A stretch of DNA of 64,000 nt from an uncultured Pseudomonadota bacterium (lineage in GTDB: Bacteria > Pseudomonadota > Gammaproteobacteria > Steroidobacterales > Steroidobacteraceae), in contig CAWATT010000003.1 of assembly GCA_963785055.1 (NCBI GenBank), forward strand, positions 252,157-316,156. Reading direction: 5' to 3'. Positions 11,943-21,861 of the stretch are shown here, piece by piece. The stretch's first letter is position 1. Each line of letters begins with the position of its first letter. The notes beneath the pieces were generated by a model, which did no database searches, was not told where the DNA came from, and saw only the letters and a list, made by a program, of their open reading frames with translations. Position numbers and translations under genes: made by a program.

Positions 11943-12012
11943 GGCGATTCTTGCTGCAGGGGGACTTCCTGCAAGCGATTCGAGCATAGCGCGTTCGCTC
12001 CGGCGGGTAAGG

Positions 12013-12048
12013 GCATGCGCCGGCAGCATCCTGGCTGCCGGCGCATGC
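12013..12048 (-). terminator. perfect 15-bp stem hairpin just after the phoX stop
   Basis: GCATGCGCCGGCAGC-ATCCTG-GCTGCCGGCGCATGC. There is no U-tract on the minus strand, so intrinsic termination is not certain. Confidence 0.5.
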
Positions 12049-12054
12049 TGGACA

Positions 12055-14268
12055 TCAGGTTCCGATGATGCCGCCGTCGTCCTTGGTGATGACAACCACG
12101 CGCGGAACGCGGCCGGCCGGCCGGTACGCGGTGTGCCGTCGGCGGATTCCTCCCACTGCGACTGCGGCCAGTTGGAAAACTGCGTCGGGTTGGCAGCGGT
12201 CGAGTCCTCTCCGGGATGCTGTATGCCCACGAACATCGTGCGGGCATCAGGCGTCATGACCACGCCCGTTACTTCGCAGTTCCGCGGACCGTTGAGGAAG
12301 CGACGCGTCTTGCCAGTCGCGGGATCCGCACAGACCATGCTGTTGGCACCGATGTTCACCCAGTCGCCCTGGGCATCGCCCGCCTGGTCCGTCTGCACCC
12401 ACAGCCGCCCGAAGTCGTCGAACCAGAGTCCGTCCGGAGCGCCGTAGTCGGCGCTGCCGTTCGGATCGTCCACGATATTGCCCTTGAAGTCGTTGGTGGG
12501 CAGTGCGGCCTTGGTGGTCGCGACATCGCCATTCTGCACGAACAGGTCCCACTTGAACGTCGTGGCCAGGACGCTTCTGCCATCCTCGCGCCAGCGGATC
12601 ACGTCCGCCGTAGAGGTTGAGCTCCCGCGGGTTGGCGGCGTCCACCGGAGGGCGCGCGGAGCCGGCGCTGGTCGAACCGTCCACGGCATTGACGGACGCG
12701 GTGCTTGTGCCACGGCGATTGTTGTTCGTCAGCGTGCAGTAGACCTCGATCTCGCGGAAGCTCCGGCTGCGCGGACGGGCGCCCGTCCACTCGGGGCGGT
12801 CCATCATCGTCGCGCCGACGGCGTCGCCGGCCATGCGCGTCTTGATCAGGATCTTCGCCTGCACCTCTTCGTCGTTGGCGCCAGCGAAATTCGGATTGTC
12901 GCGCAGCGCCTTGCCGTCGACGCCGATCGTGCCCGGCACCAGTGCCAGCCACTGGCCGGAAAGATCCGCGTTGAACTTCGCAACGTACAGCGTGCCCTTG
13001 TCGAGCAGGTCGCGATTGCGGCGTGAGTTGTTCTTGTGGACGCGGCCGGCGCTCACGAACTTGTAGATGTACTCGTTGCGCTCGTCGTCGCCCATGTAGA
13101 CGCCCAGGCGATCATCCTCATCGACGACGCACCACGCGCCCTCATGCTTGAAGCGGCCGAGCGCCGTGCGCTTGACCGGCTCGCGCCAGGGGTTGTACGG
13201 GTCGATCTCGACGACCCAGCCGAAATGGTTCGGCTCGTTCGGGTTGACGGACACGTCGAAGCGCGGGTCGGTCGTGTGCCAGCGGTAGCCGAAGCCGGTG
13301 GCACTGATGCCGTAGCGGCGATTCAGCTTGCCGGTTTCGGTCGCGACGGATGTGTCGACCACGCCGGTGCTGCTGCCGAAGTAGCCGTTCCAGTTCTCCT
13401 CGCCGGTCAGGAACGTGCCCCAGGGCGTCACGCCGTGACCGCAGTTGTTCAGCGTGCCATGGCCATGGAAGCCGTCGAGCGAATAGCCGGTGGCGACGGA
13501 GCCTGAATCGGTGATGTCGAACTCCTTCGTCTGCATCAGCGGATGGCCGGCCGCGGCCCCCGAGAACAGCACGGGCGTATTGCCGGTAATGCGGCGGCCG
13601 TACATCGAGTAGCGGTTCACTGACCAGTCGCCCTTCCACTCGCCCTTCCATTTGGCCTTCGAGCGGCCCCTGCCGACTTTCCGGCGGATCTCCGCGACGG
13701 AGACGCCATGCGCCGCCTGCGACTTGCGGGTCTTGGCGATCGTGTAGCCGGCACCGAGCTGCCCGTCCGGAAACAGCACTTCCTCATGCGTGTATTCGTT
13801 GTTCACGCACAGCAGGCCGATGTCGCTGGCGAACCGGCCGTGATCGTCGTACAGGGGAAAGTAGTGCAGTCCGTCGCAATGCTCACCGAACTGCTTGAGC
13901 TGCTCGGCAGCCGTCTCGCTCGCATCGCCGCGGAAAGACGTGCCGCCCGGCATGATCGGGTCGCCCCAGGCGACCAGCAACTCAGCCGAGTAGCCGGGAG
14001 GCACCGTGACGACGTCGGGCACAGGCGCCAGGCTCGCAGGAACGTTGGCAAAGCCGATACCCGGCTGGCCGTAGCCGTTGTGCGCTTCCACCGACTGCAC
14101 GAGCCCGCCAAGCGTCAGGCCGCCGGCGCTGGTGAGGGCGGCCGCACCGATGCCGGTTTTCATGAATGAGCGGCGCGATATTTCGACGCGCTCGATGACC
14201 TGGTGGATGGACTCGTTCACCGACGTGTTCAGCGACACGTCGTTCGTCGGATGGGAAGCGCCCTTCAT
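12055..14268 (-). pseudogene. phoX: Tat-exported PhoX-family alkaline phosphatase (DUF839), two frame changes (about 12605 and about 12130)
   Basis: The start at 14268 (AGGAG upstream) gives MKGASHPT...ISRRSFMKTGIGAAALTSAGG (twin-arginine signal). The body has PPGYSAELLVAWGDP, LLCVNNEYTHEE, TPWGTFLTGEENW, NHFGWVVEIDPYNP and RFKHEGA. The C-terminal part is in ORF 11814..12713 (APDGLWFDDFGRLWVQTD...MFVGIQHPGE). The true end, VVVITKDDGGIIGT*, is at 12055. Confidence 0.9.
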
Positions 14269-14317
14269 GGAGATCTCCTGGCTCGTGAAACTGGAGCGCA
14301 GAGCTTCATGGGCGCAT

Positions 14318-14346
14318 GTGACGCTGGGGTGACTGCCGCATGACAC
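14318..14346 (-). promoter_or_regulatory. Pho-box-like phased repeats upstream of phoX
   Basis: The minus strand reads GTGTCAT-gcgg-CAGTCAC-ccca-GCGTCAC. These are three 7-mers at 11-bp spacing resembling CTGTCAT-N4-CTGTCAY. The last repeat ends about 50 nt before the phoX ATG. Confidence 0.5.
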
Positions 14347-14406
14347 GGTCGTTGCGGTCCACCAGACCTGCACTCAATTGCCGGAGCGGGTAACCTGAGC
14401 AGACAG

Positions 14407-14730
14407 ATGGCAGCTTCCAGCAACATGATCGGGGTATTCGTCACCTTCGACCTCGGCGCAGATTTCGACGCTGCGCGCCTGACGCAGCTCGCCCAGGCGG
14501 CGTTGCCGAAGTTCCAGGGCATGCCGGAACTCGTGTCCAAGACGTTCACGATCGATGCGGGAGCCCGACAGGCGGTCAACTTCTATGTCTGGCGGAGCGA
14601 GGCGGCGGCGCGCCGTTTCTTCTCCGAAGAGACGCTTGCGTGGGTAACGGGCGTCTACGGGGTGCAGCCGACGTTGCGGTTCGTCCAGATCGCCGGGCTC
14701 GTCGAGAGCCAGGGCGAACTGGGCAGCTAG
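14407..14730 (+). CDS. YdhR-like small dimeric alpha/beta-barrel (putative monooxygenase) protein
   Basis: Intact 107-aa ORF: IGVFVTFDLGADFDAARLTQLAQAALPKFQGMPELVSKTFTID...AVNFYVWRSEAAARRFF. The length and pattern resemble the YdhR family. The call is from memory only. Confidence 0.55.
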   Translation: MAASSNMIGVFVTFDLGADFDAARLTQLAQAALPKFQGMPELVSKTFTIDAGARQAVNFYVWRSEAAARRFFSEETLAWVTGVYGVQPTLRFVQIAGLVESQGELGS

Positions 14731-14743
14731 TGCTGCTTCGACT

Positions 14744-15223
14744 TCAAACGAGCCTGTACACATCCACCTGCACGGTGCCGGGTCGGCCTTGGGCACCCCC
14801 GGCACTGCACAGGAAGATCGCTTCGTTGAGCCATTGCCAGTCCCCATTGGGCGCCGTGAATTCCACGGCCGTGCGGAAGTAAGCCGGCGAGCCCGGTGCT
14901 GCCGGCACGATGAGACCCCGATTGACTACCTTCACCAGCGTCTTGTCCGCCAGCTCCAGCGCATAAGTCGCCTCGATCTCGGTCACGCCATCCGAGCGCG
15001 TGCGCTGCCAGTCGGCGCCGCCGGGAATCACGCGACCGGCAATGTCCTTGCCCAGCACCTCGCCGCCTGTGATGGGAATGGCACGGATCTGGCCTGTGGC
15101 CGTCTCGCCCACCGCCAGAACGCCCTCGATGGTCGCGAAGATGCTGAAGACGAATTCCACCGCGGGACTGTGGGCCGGTGGGCCGGCAAACCCGGACGTC
15201 ATGACAGATTCCTTGTGCTGCAT
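14744..15223 (-). CDS. DUF3237-family protein (paralog 1)
   Basis: Intact ORF: IRAIPITGGEVLGKDIAGRVIPGGADWQRTRSDGVTEIEATYALE...GSPAYFRTAVEFTAPNGDWQWLNEAIFL. An alternative start is at 15202 (MTSGFAG, with AAGGA upstream). Confidence 0.75.
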   Translation of the reverse strand: MQHKESVMTSGFAGPPAHSPAVEFVFSIFATIEGVLAVGETATGQIRAIPITGGEVLGKDIAGRVIPGGADWQRTRSDGVTEIEATYALELADKTLVKVVNRGLIVPAAPGSPAYFRTAVEFTAPNGDWQWLNEAIFLCSAGGAQGRPGTVQVDVYRLV

Positions 15224-15226
15224 GAT

Positions 15227-15688
15227 TCAGAGCACCCGGTAGTAGTGGATGACGACCTTGTCCGCATGGCGTTCGCCCCAGGACACGAACAGCGCCTTGT
15301 TGAGCCAGTCGTAGGCACCTGCCGGTGCATCGAAACGCGCGACGGCGCGCATGTAGTACTGGTCCGGCGGCACCACCTCACCGGCACTGAGTCGCGCCAT
15401 CACTGCCGGCGGGCCATGCCGCATGCCCTTGCTCGAGACACGGATGGTGGCGCCGTCATGCGTCAGCATTGCACCGGACACGTCGAGCCGCGCCAGGCCA
15501 TCGGGCTGGATCAGTTGCCAGTCGAACGAACCCGGAATCACCGTGCCACGCAGGCGCGGACCGGCAAAGGAGCCGGCGCCGATGGGCACGCCCTGGTGAA
15601 ACCCGGCAGGGATCTGCCCCACCTGCACCGGACGCGAGACCTGCACCTCGGCGTCCATGAGCCATTCGAGTCGAATCGGATCGGGCAT
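15227..15688 (-). CDS. DUF3237-family protein (paralog 2)
   Basis: Within ORF 15227..15739, starting at MPDPIRLEWLMD. Motifs are GAGSFAGPRLRGTVIPGSFDWQLIQPDGLARLDVSGAMLTHDGATIRV and YYMRAVARFDAPAGAYDWLNKALFV. It is clearly paralogous to its neighbours. Confidence 0.75.
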   Translation of the reverse strand: MPDPIRLEWLMDAEVQVSRPVQVGQIPAGFHQGVPIGAGSFAGPRLRGTVIPGSFDWQLIQPDGLARLDVSGAMLTHDGATIRVSSKGMRHGPPAVMARLSAGEVVPPDQYYMRAVARFDAPAGAYDWLNKALFVSWGERHADKVVIHYYRVL

Positions 15689-15764
15689 CTGCGACGCACC
15701 CCCGCGTGAACGCGGCTTGCGGGTATTGAGGCAGGCCAACGATCAGTTGCGCTAGCATGCCGGC

Positions 15765-16322
15765 ATGACTCGACACATCATATCCATCGGCCTGTCGCTG
15801 ATCACGGGCCTGTTCGCGGGGCCGCTCCTGTCGGCCCAGGAAAACCGGACTTCCGCAGCGCCTGCGCCGCCACCGCTGGTGTTTGCCTTCGAACTGCGGG
15901 CCACGGTTGGCGACCCCGTCGTCATCGGCGAAGTGCGGCACGGCCTGCGGCGGATCGTGGCAATCACCGGCGGCACGGTGCGCGGCCCGATGATGAATGG
16001 CGTCGTGGTGCCGAACAGCGGTGCCGACTGGCAGTTGATCCAACCCGACGGGTTCTCCGAGCTCGACACGCGCTACACGCTCCGAACGGAGAAAGGCGAG
16101 CTCGTCTACGTGCAGAACGTGGGGATCCGCCACGCGCCGCCGGAGGTCATGCAGCGGCTCAACGCGGGCCAGATCGTCGATCCCGGGCTCGTCTATTTCC
16201 GCACGGTACCGAAGTTCGAGACTGCCGCACCGGAGCTGCAATGGCTCACGCGCAGTATCTTTGTCGGCGTAGGCGAGCGTTCACCGAACGAAGTCATCGT
16301 GCGGTTCTATCGCATCGAGTAA
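15765..16322 (+). CDS. DUF3237-family protein with signal peptide (paralog 3)
   Basis: MTRHIISIGLSLITGLFAGPLLSAQE (signal peptide), then RRIVAITGGTVRGPMMNGVVVPNSGADWQLIQPDGFSELDTRYTLRTEKGELVYV...VYFRTVPKFETAAPELQWLTRSIFV. Confidence 0.75.
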   Translation: MTRHIISIGLSLITGLFAGPLLSAQENRTSAAPAPPPLVFAFELRATVGDPVVIGEVRHGLRRIVAITGGTVRGPMMNGVVVPNSGADWQLIQPDGFSELDTRYTLRTEKGELVYVQNVGIRHAPPEVMQRLNAGQIVDPGLVYFRTVPKFETAAPELQWLTRSIFVGVGERSPNEVIVRFYRIE

Positions 16323-16335
16323 CCCGATTGCGCTC

Positions 16336-16788
16336 TCAGGGAGACCTGCGCCGCCAGAACTGCTCCATCTCGAGGTACAGGAACGAGGCGGACCAGGAGA
16401 TCAGGATGAAACCAGTCAGCGCCTCGGTCCCGGAGAGGAAGCGGATCGGCCCGACCGGCGCCAGGTCACCGAATCCCACAGTCGAGAACGTCATCGCCGA
16501 CAAATAGATCACGTCGAGAAAGTGAGGCTCGGTGGCGCCGCTGATCGTGCCGGCATCCGGAACCCCGAGCAGCAGCCAGCTTGCGACGCCGAACACCCAG
16601 ATCTCGGATACGTGCAGCAGAATGATGCCGCAGACGCCGAACAGCACCTTGCGGCGGCGCAGGCCGTGCAGTTGCCCAAGTCGACTGGACATCCAGGCGA
16701 GGCCTTCGTAGTGAACGAGAACCGCCAGCGCCACGGTGGCGCCGGTCACGAGCACGATCAGCGTGTTGGAGAGCCAGTTCGAGTACAT
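16336..16788 (-). CDS. minimal two-TM potassium channel (KcsA-like pore only)
   Basis: Intact 150-aa ORF with the selectivity filter in YLSAMTFSTVGFGDLAP, flanked by TM helices. No RCK or other cytoplasmic domain is present. Confidence 0.85.
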   Translation of the reverse strand: MYSNWLSNTLIVLVTGATVALAVLVHYEGLAWMSSRLGQLHGLRRRKVLFGVCGIILLHVSEIWVFGVASWLLLGVPDAGTISGATEPHFLDVIYLSAMTFSTVGFGDLAPVGPIRFLSGTEALTGFILISWSASFLYLEMEQFWRRRSP

Positions 16789-16895
16789 CGGGGTCCCGCA
16801 GTCTAACGCTGCGCGCGCGATAGAGGGCCAGGTGCTGACGTCGATGGCCGGATACTGCTAGCCTGCCGCGAACGAAACGTCGCCAGGGGCGATGC

Positions 16896-18298
16896 ATGGC
16901 GCAGGCCGAGGATCTCACCGCACTGGGTATCGCCGAGGCCGGCCGGCGCATGAAGTCGGGCGCGCTCTCGCCGGTCGATCTGACGCAGGCCTATCTCGGC
17001 CGGATCGAGTCGCCTCGACCCGCAGATCAATGCCTACATCACGGTGACGGCCGAGTCGGCGCTCGCCGAGGCGAGCACAGCCGCCGCCGAGATCGTCGCA
17101 GGCCGTCATCGCGGACCGTTGCACGGCGTGCCGCATCGCGCTGAAGGACAACATCGACACGGCCGGCGTGAGGACGACAGCGTCCAGCCGGATTTACGCG
17201 GACCGCGTTCCGGACACCGACGCCGAGGTCGTGCGTCGGCTGAAGGAGGCCGGGGCAGTGCTGCTGGGCAAGCTCAACATGCACGAGTTCGCCTACGGCG
17301 GCACCACCGCGTTCGCGCTCGCCGGCCCGATGCGAAATCCCTGGAATCTCGCGCGTCATCCGGGTGGCTCCTCCGGCGGCTCGGCCGCCGCCGTGGCCGC
17401 GTGCCTCTGCGCCGGCGCGCTCGGCACCGACACGGCAGCCTCCATCCGCTTGCCGGCGTCTTTCTGCGGTGTGACGGGCTTCAAGGCGACGCATGGGCTG
17501 GCGAGCATCCGCGGCATCGTGCCGCTCTCGGAGACCCACGACCATGTCGGCCCGATCTGTCGCAGCGTCGAGGATTGCGCGCTGCTGATGGATGCGATCA
17601 CCGGGTTCGATCCGCTCGATCCCGTCAGCATCCGGTCTGCACCGCAACACCTGGCAGCGGCGATCGGCCGGGACGTATCGGGATTGCGGCTCGGCGTGGC
17701 GCGCGCGCCTTACTTCGAGGATCTCGATCCCGACGTCGATGTCGCCCTGGACGTGGCACTCGAGGTCCTGCGTGGCCTGGTCGCCGGGATGCGCGAGGTG
17801 GAGTTCTCCAGCCCGGACACGTATCCGGTGCTGGCGGCCGACGCCTACGCCTGGCACGCCGCATTCGTCGCCGACGAAGTGCGCCGCAGCCTCTACCATC
17901 CCACGACGCTCGCCCGCGTCATGGATGGCGCAGGTATTTCGACTACGGCATATATCGAGGGTCGCCGCCGGATGGCCATTGCGCGCAACACGGCGAGCCG
18001 GTTTTTTGAGGACGTGGACCTGATCGTTACCCCGACCTGCATGGTGCTGCCGGATACCATCGAGAACGTGCTCGCTGGAAAGTCCCTGCCATCGGACCTT
18101 CCCTTGTTGCGCAACACCTTGCCCTGCAACGTGCTCGGGATCCCGTCGATCAGTGTGCCGTGCGGATTCTCGGCGGCGGGCCTGCCCATAGGGCTTATGA
18201 TCTCAGGTCCGCCGCTGGGAGAAGGGCAGGTCCTGGCGCTCGCCCATGCCTATCAACTTGCGACCGGCTGGAGCGCGCGACGCCCGCCAATCGGCTGA
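16896..18298 (+). pseudogene. amidase-signature (GatA-like) amidase, two frame changes (about 16995 and 17135)
   Basis: N-terminus LTALGIAEAGRRMKSGALSPVDLTQAYLGRIES, middle piece AYITVTAESALAEASTAAAEIVAGRHRGPLHGVP. The main ORF 17168..18298 carries GKLNMHEFAYGGTT...GGSSGGSAAAVAA...GTDTAASIRLPASFCGVTGFKATHG. Confidence 0.88.
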
Positions 18299-18313
18299 GA
18301 CGAGGAGAACACG

Positions 18314-18922
18314 ATGATGCGACTGAAAAGCCTGGGACGTAGTGCGGTCGTGCTTGCGACGGTCGCACTGCTTGCCAGCTGCGCGAGCGGTCCCGAAATC
18401 CGCGCCGATTTCGACCCGGCCGCGGACTTTGGCCAGTTCCGGACGTTCGGGTTCGTGGAGCAGGCCGGCACCGACACCGGCAACGCGCGCACGATCACCA
18501 CGCTGCAGTTGCAGAACGCGGCGGCGCGCGAGATGGAGGCCCGTGGCTACGTTCGCGCGGACAAACCGGACCTCGTGATCAACTTCCACGGCCGCATCGA
18601 CGAACGGGTGGACATCCAGTCGCGCCCGGCTCCCAGCATGGGTCCGGCATGGGGTTATCGGGGCTGGGCCGGTTCCCCCTCGGGCGCCTGGGGCGGCACC
18701 GAGGTCACGACGCGCCGCTACAACGTGGGCACGCTGGTCGTCGACCTCGTGGACTTCGAGCGGCGCCAGATGGTGTTCCAGGGTGTTGCGGAGGGCACCA
18801 TGACGCGGGACATGCAGAACAACCGCGAGCAGACCATCAATCAGGCGATGGCGCAGATCTTCTCCAGGTTTCCGTTCGTCGCGGGACAGTCGGCGCCGGT
18901 AAGGGCGCAGGGCGGCAGGTAG
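18314..18922 (+). CDS. DUF4136-like lipoprotein
   Basis: MMRLKSLGRSAVVLATVALLASCASGP (lipobox LLASC). Other motifs are FRTFGFV, DLVINFHGRIDE and GTLVVDLVDFERRQMVFQGVAEG. Confidence 0.7.
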   Translation: MMRLKSLGRSAVVLATVALLASCASGPEIRADFDPAADFGQFRTFGFVEQAGTDTGNARTITTLQLQNAAAREMEARGYVRADKPDLVINFHGRIDERVDIQSRPAPSMGPAWGYRGWAGSPSGAWGGTEVTTRRYNVGTLVVDLVDFERRQMVFQGVAEGTMTRDMQNNREQTINQAMAQIFSRFPFVAGQSAPVRAQGGR

Positions 18923-19002
18923 CCTCGTCAGCGACCAGCTGGCCGGCTTTCGGCATAAACTCCGAGCCTGTCGAATGGGCGTACCGGCAGGGCGCCGTCA
19001 GA

Positions 19003-19869
19003 TCACAGGCCGAAGTCCGCTGCGCTGTGCCGCTCCGGCAGGCGAAGTTCGGGCGGGCCCATCGTGGTGTTCACGCGGCGCCCGCGCTGCACGGCCGGCC
19101 GGCTGGCGATGAGATCCGTCCAGCGCCGCACGTTCGCGTACTCGTGCACCGAGAGGAATTCCGCGGCGTTGTAGGCCCCGTTCATCAGGCTTCCGTACCA
19201 CGCCCAGTTGGCAATGTCCGCGATGGTGTACTCGCCGCCAGCCACGTACTCGGTCCTGCCGAGCTGGGTATCCAGCACGTGCAGCAGCCGCCTGGTCTCC
19301 ATCGCGAAGCGGTTGATCGCGTACTCGATCTTCATCGGCGCGTAGGCATAGAAGTGCCCGAATCCTCCGCCCAGGAACGGAGCCGAGCCCATCTGCCACA
19401 TCAGCCAGTTCATTGTCTCGGCGCGCTGATGAGGCTCCTTCGAAAGGAAGGCATCGAACTTCTCGGCAAGATAGAAGAGGATCGAGCCGCTCTCGAAAAG
19501 GCGCACTGGCGGATCGGTGGACCAGTCGAGCATCGCCGGGATCTTCGAATTCGGGTTCACAGCCACGAAGCCGCTGCCGAACTGCTCGCCCTGGCCGATG
19601 TTGACCAGCCAGGCGTCGTACTCGGCGCCTGCGTGGCCCAGCGCGAGCAACTCCTCCAGCAGGATGGTGACCTTCTGGCCGTTGGGCGTGCCCAGGGAAT
19701 AAAGCTGCAGCGGGTGCTCACCGCGCGGGAGTTCCTTCTCATGCGTTGCACCGGAGACGGGGCGGTTGATGTTCGCGAAAGTCCCGCCGCTGGGCTGGTC
19801 CCAGGTCCAAACCCGCGGGGGCTTGTATCCCGCCGGAAGGTTCAGGTCTGCAATGTCGTCTGCCGCCAT
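19003..19869 (-). CDS. yghU: Nu-class glutathione S-transferase, YghU type
   Basis: Intact 288 aa: YKPPRVWTWDQPSGGTFANINRPVSGATHEKELPRGEHPLQLYSLGTPNGQKVTILLEE...VNPNSKIPAM...ESGSILFYLAEKF. The length and N-terminal extension match YghU as I remember it. Confidence 0.9.
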   Translation of the reverse strand: MAADDIADLNLPAGYKPPRVWTWDQPSGGTFANINRPVSGATHEKELPRGEHPLQLYSLGTPNGQKVTILLEELLALGHAGAEYDAWLVNIGQGEQFGSGFVAVNPNSKIPAMLDWSTDPPVRLFESGSILFYLAEKFDAFLSKEPHQRAETMNWLMWQMGSAPFLGGGFGHFYAYAPMKIEYAINRFAMETRRLLHVLDTQLGRTEYVAGGEYTIADIANWAWYGSLMNGAYNAAEFLSVHEYANVRRWTDLIASRPAVQRGRRVNTTMGPPELRLPERHSAADFGL

Positions 19870-19962
19870 CCAGTGCTCCTTGCAGGCCCGGCCGCCGGAC
19901 CGCCTGACGGTATTCTAGCGACTCATATGTCTTGCAGAGCTGGTGTAGATTGAGGTCCTGTC

Positions 19963-21855
19963 ATGCCAGGGAGAATCGCAGTCATGAGGATCAGGTCAGG
20001 ATTTCCGGCCGTTGTCGGTATCGTGTTCGGACTTGCTGCCTGCTCGCCGCCGCCACCCGCCGCAACCGCTGTCAGCCCCGCTGCGACAGCCGCGCCCGTG
20101 ACGGCGTTGCCGCCGCCAAACCCCGAGAACAACGTCTACTTTGGCGATGTCCACGTCCACACCGGCTGGTCATTCGACGGTTTCACCAATGGCTCCAAGA
20201 CCACGCCGACGGACGCCTATGCCTGGGCGCAGGGCAAGCCGATCACCGGCAGCGGCGGCCCGGAGCTGCAACTCAAGACGCCGCTCGACTTCTACATGGT
20301 GGCCGACCATGCCGAGTACATGGGCGTGTTCAACCAGATGGCGAACCCCGACAGTCCACTGAGCAAGACCGAACTGGCGAAGCTCGTGACCTCGCCCGAC
20401 GCGAACGTCCGGATGCAGGCGTTCGCCGGAGTCCTGCGCGACATGAGCGCCGGCAAGCGCGACCCGCAGCTGAGCGACCCCGCGCTGGCGCGCACGGTCT
20501 GGGCCGAAATCGTCAAGGCGGCGGACGACAACTACATTCCCGGCAGGTTCACGACGTTCGCCGGATTCGAATGGACGTCGAATCCGCAGCAGCGCAACCT
20601 GCATCGGGTCGTCGTGTTTCGCGACACCGCGCACCTGCCCGACCTGGTGCTCTCGGCGCTTGATTCCGAGGACCCTGAAACGTTGTGGAAATGGATGGAC
20701 GAACAGCGCGCCAAGGGCTCGACGCTGTTTGCCATCCCCCACAACGGCAATGCCAGCGATGGCCGGATGTTTGAACTGCTGAAGTTCGACGGCAAGCCGA
20801 TCGATGCCGCGTACAACAGCACGCGCGCCGCCAATGAACCGCTGTACGAGATCACGCAGATCAAGGGCACCTCGGAGACCCATCCCGACCTGTCACCGAC
20901 CGACGAGTTCGCTTCGTTCGAGCAGTGGGACTACACGCTTTCCGCGGACTACCAGCGTCCGACGCATCGCAAGGGCAGCTTCGCGCGCCAGGCGCTGCTC
21001 GACGGCATGAGCCAGGCCGCTGCCGGATCCGGCAACCCGTTCAAGTATGGCTTCATCGGCGACACCGACACGCACAACGCTGCGGCCAGCCACGAGGAGT
21101 TCAACTTCACCGGCAAGTTCGCCTTCGAGAACAATGCGAAGGAACGACTGACCGGCGTGCCCGGTGCGCCGGCGGGCCAGGTCCAGCAGATCCAGGAGTT
21201 CAGCTCTGGCGGCCTGGCGGGAGTCTGGGCACCGCAGAATACGCGCGAGGCCATCTGGGATGCGATGCAGCGCAAGGAGACATTTGGCACCTCGGGCCCG
21301 ATGATGAAGGTGCGCTTCTTCGGCAGCTTCGACTACGCCATCGACGATGTGCGCAAGGCCGATTTCGTCAGGCTCGCCTATGACAAGGGCGTGCCGATGG
21401 GCAGTGACCTGAAGCCCGGCGCCGGCAAGGCGCCGACGTTCCTCGTCATGGCGACCAAGGACCCCAAGAGCGGCAACCTGGACCGTGTCCAGATCGTCAA
21501 GGGCTGGCTCGATGCGGCCGGCCAGCAGCACGAGAAGGTTTTTGACGTGGCCTGGTCGGGCGACCGCAAGGTTGGTGCCGATGGCAAATTGCCGGCCGTT
21601 GGCAACAGCGTGGACCCGGCGACGGCGACCTACTCGGACGCAATCGGCGCCACGCAGCTGGCCGCCGGCTGGACCGATCCTGAATTCAAGCCGGGCGAGA
21701 GCGCCTTCTACTATGCCCGCGTGCTGGAGATTCCGACGCCACGCTGGAACACCTACGATGCGGCCCGGCTGAACATGAAGCCCCTGACCATCGTGCCAGT
21801 GACGATTCAGGAACGCGCCTGGAGTTCGCCAATCTGGTACACACCGGGCCAGTGA
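19963..21855 (+). CDS. DUF3604-family (PHP-like metal-dependent) lipoprotein
   Basis: Intact 630 aa with lipobox FGLAACS. Motifs are YFGDVHVHTGWSFDGF, MVADHAEYMG, FAGFEWTSN, AIPHNGNASDG, FIGDTDTHNA and SSPIWYTP. An alternative start is at 19984. Confidence 0.8.
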   Translation: MPGRIAVMRIRSGFPAVVGIVFGLAACSPPPPAATAVSPAATAAPVTALPPPNPENNVYFGDVHVHTGWSFDGFTNGSKTTPTDAYAWAQGKPITGSGGPELQLKTPLDFYMVADHAEYMGVFNQMANPDSPLSKTELAKLVTSPDANVRMQAFAGVLRDMSAGKRDPQLSDPALARTVWAEIVKAADDNYIPGRFTTFAGFEWTSNPQQRNLHRVVVFRDTAHLPDLVLSALDSEDPETLWKWMDEQRAKGSTLFAIPHNGNASDGRMFELLKFDGKPIDAAYNSTRAANEPLYEITQIKGTSETHPDLSPTDEFASFEQWDYTLSADYQRPTHRKGSFARQALLDGMSQAAAGSGNPFKYGFIGDTDTHNAAASHEEFNFTGKFAFENNAKERLTGVPGAPAGQVQQIQEFSSGGLAGVWAPQNTREAIWDAMQRKETFGTSGPMMKVRFFGSFDYAIDDVRKADFVRLAYDKGVPMGSDLKPGAGKAPTFLVMATKDPKSGNLDRVQIVKGWLDAAGQQHEKVFDVAWSGDRKVGADGKLPAVGNSVDPATATYSDAIGATQLAAGWTDPEFKPGESAFYYARVLEIPTPRWNTYDAARLNMKPLTIVPVTIQERAWSSPIWYTPGQ

Positions 21856-21861
21856 CCCATC

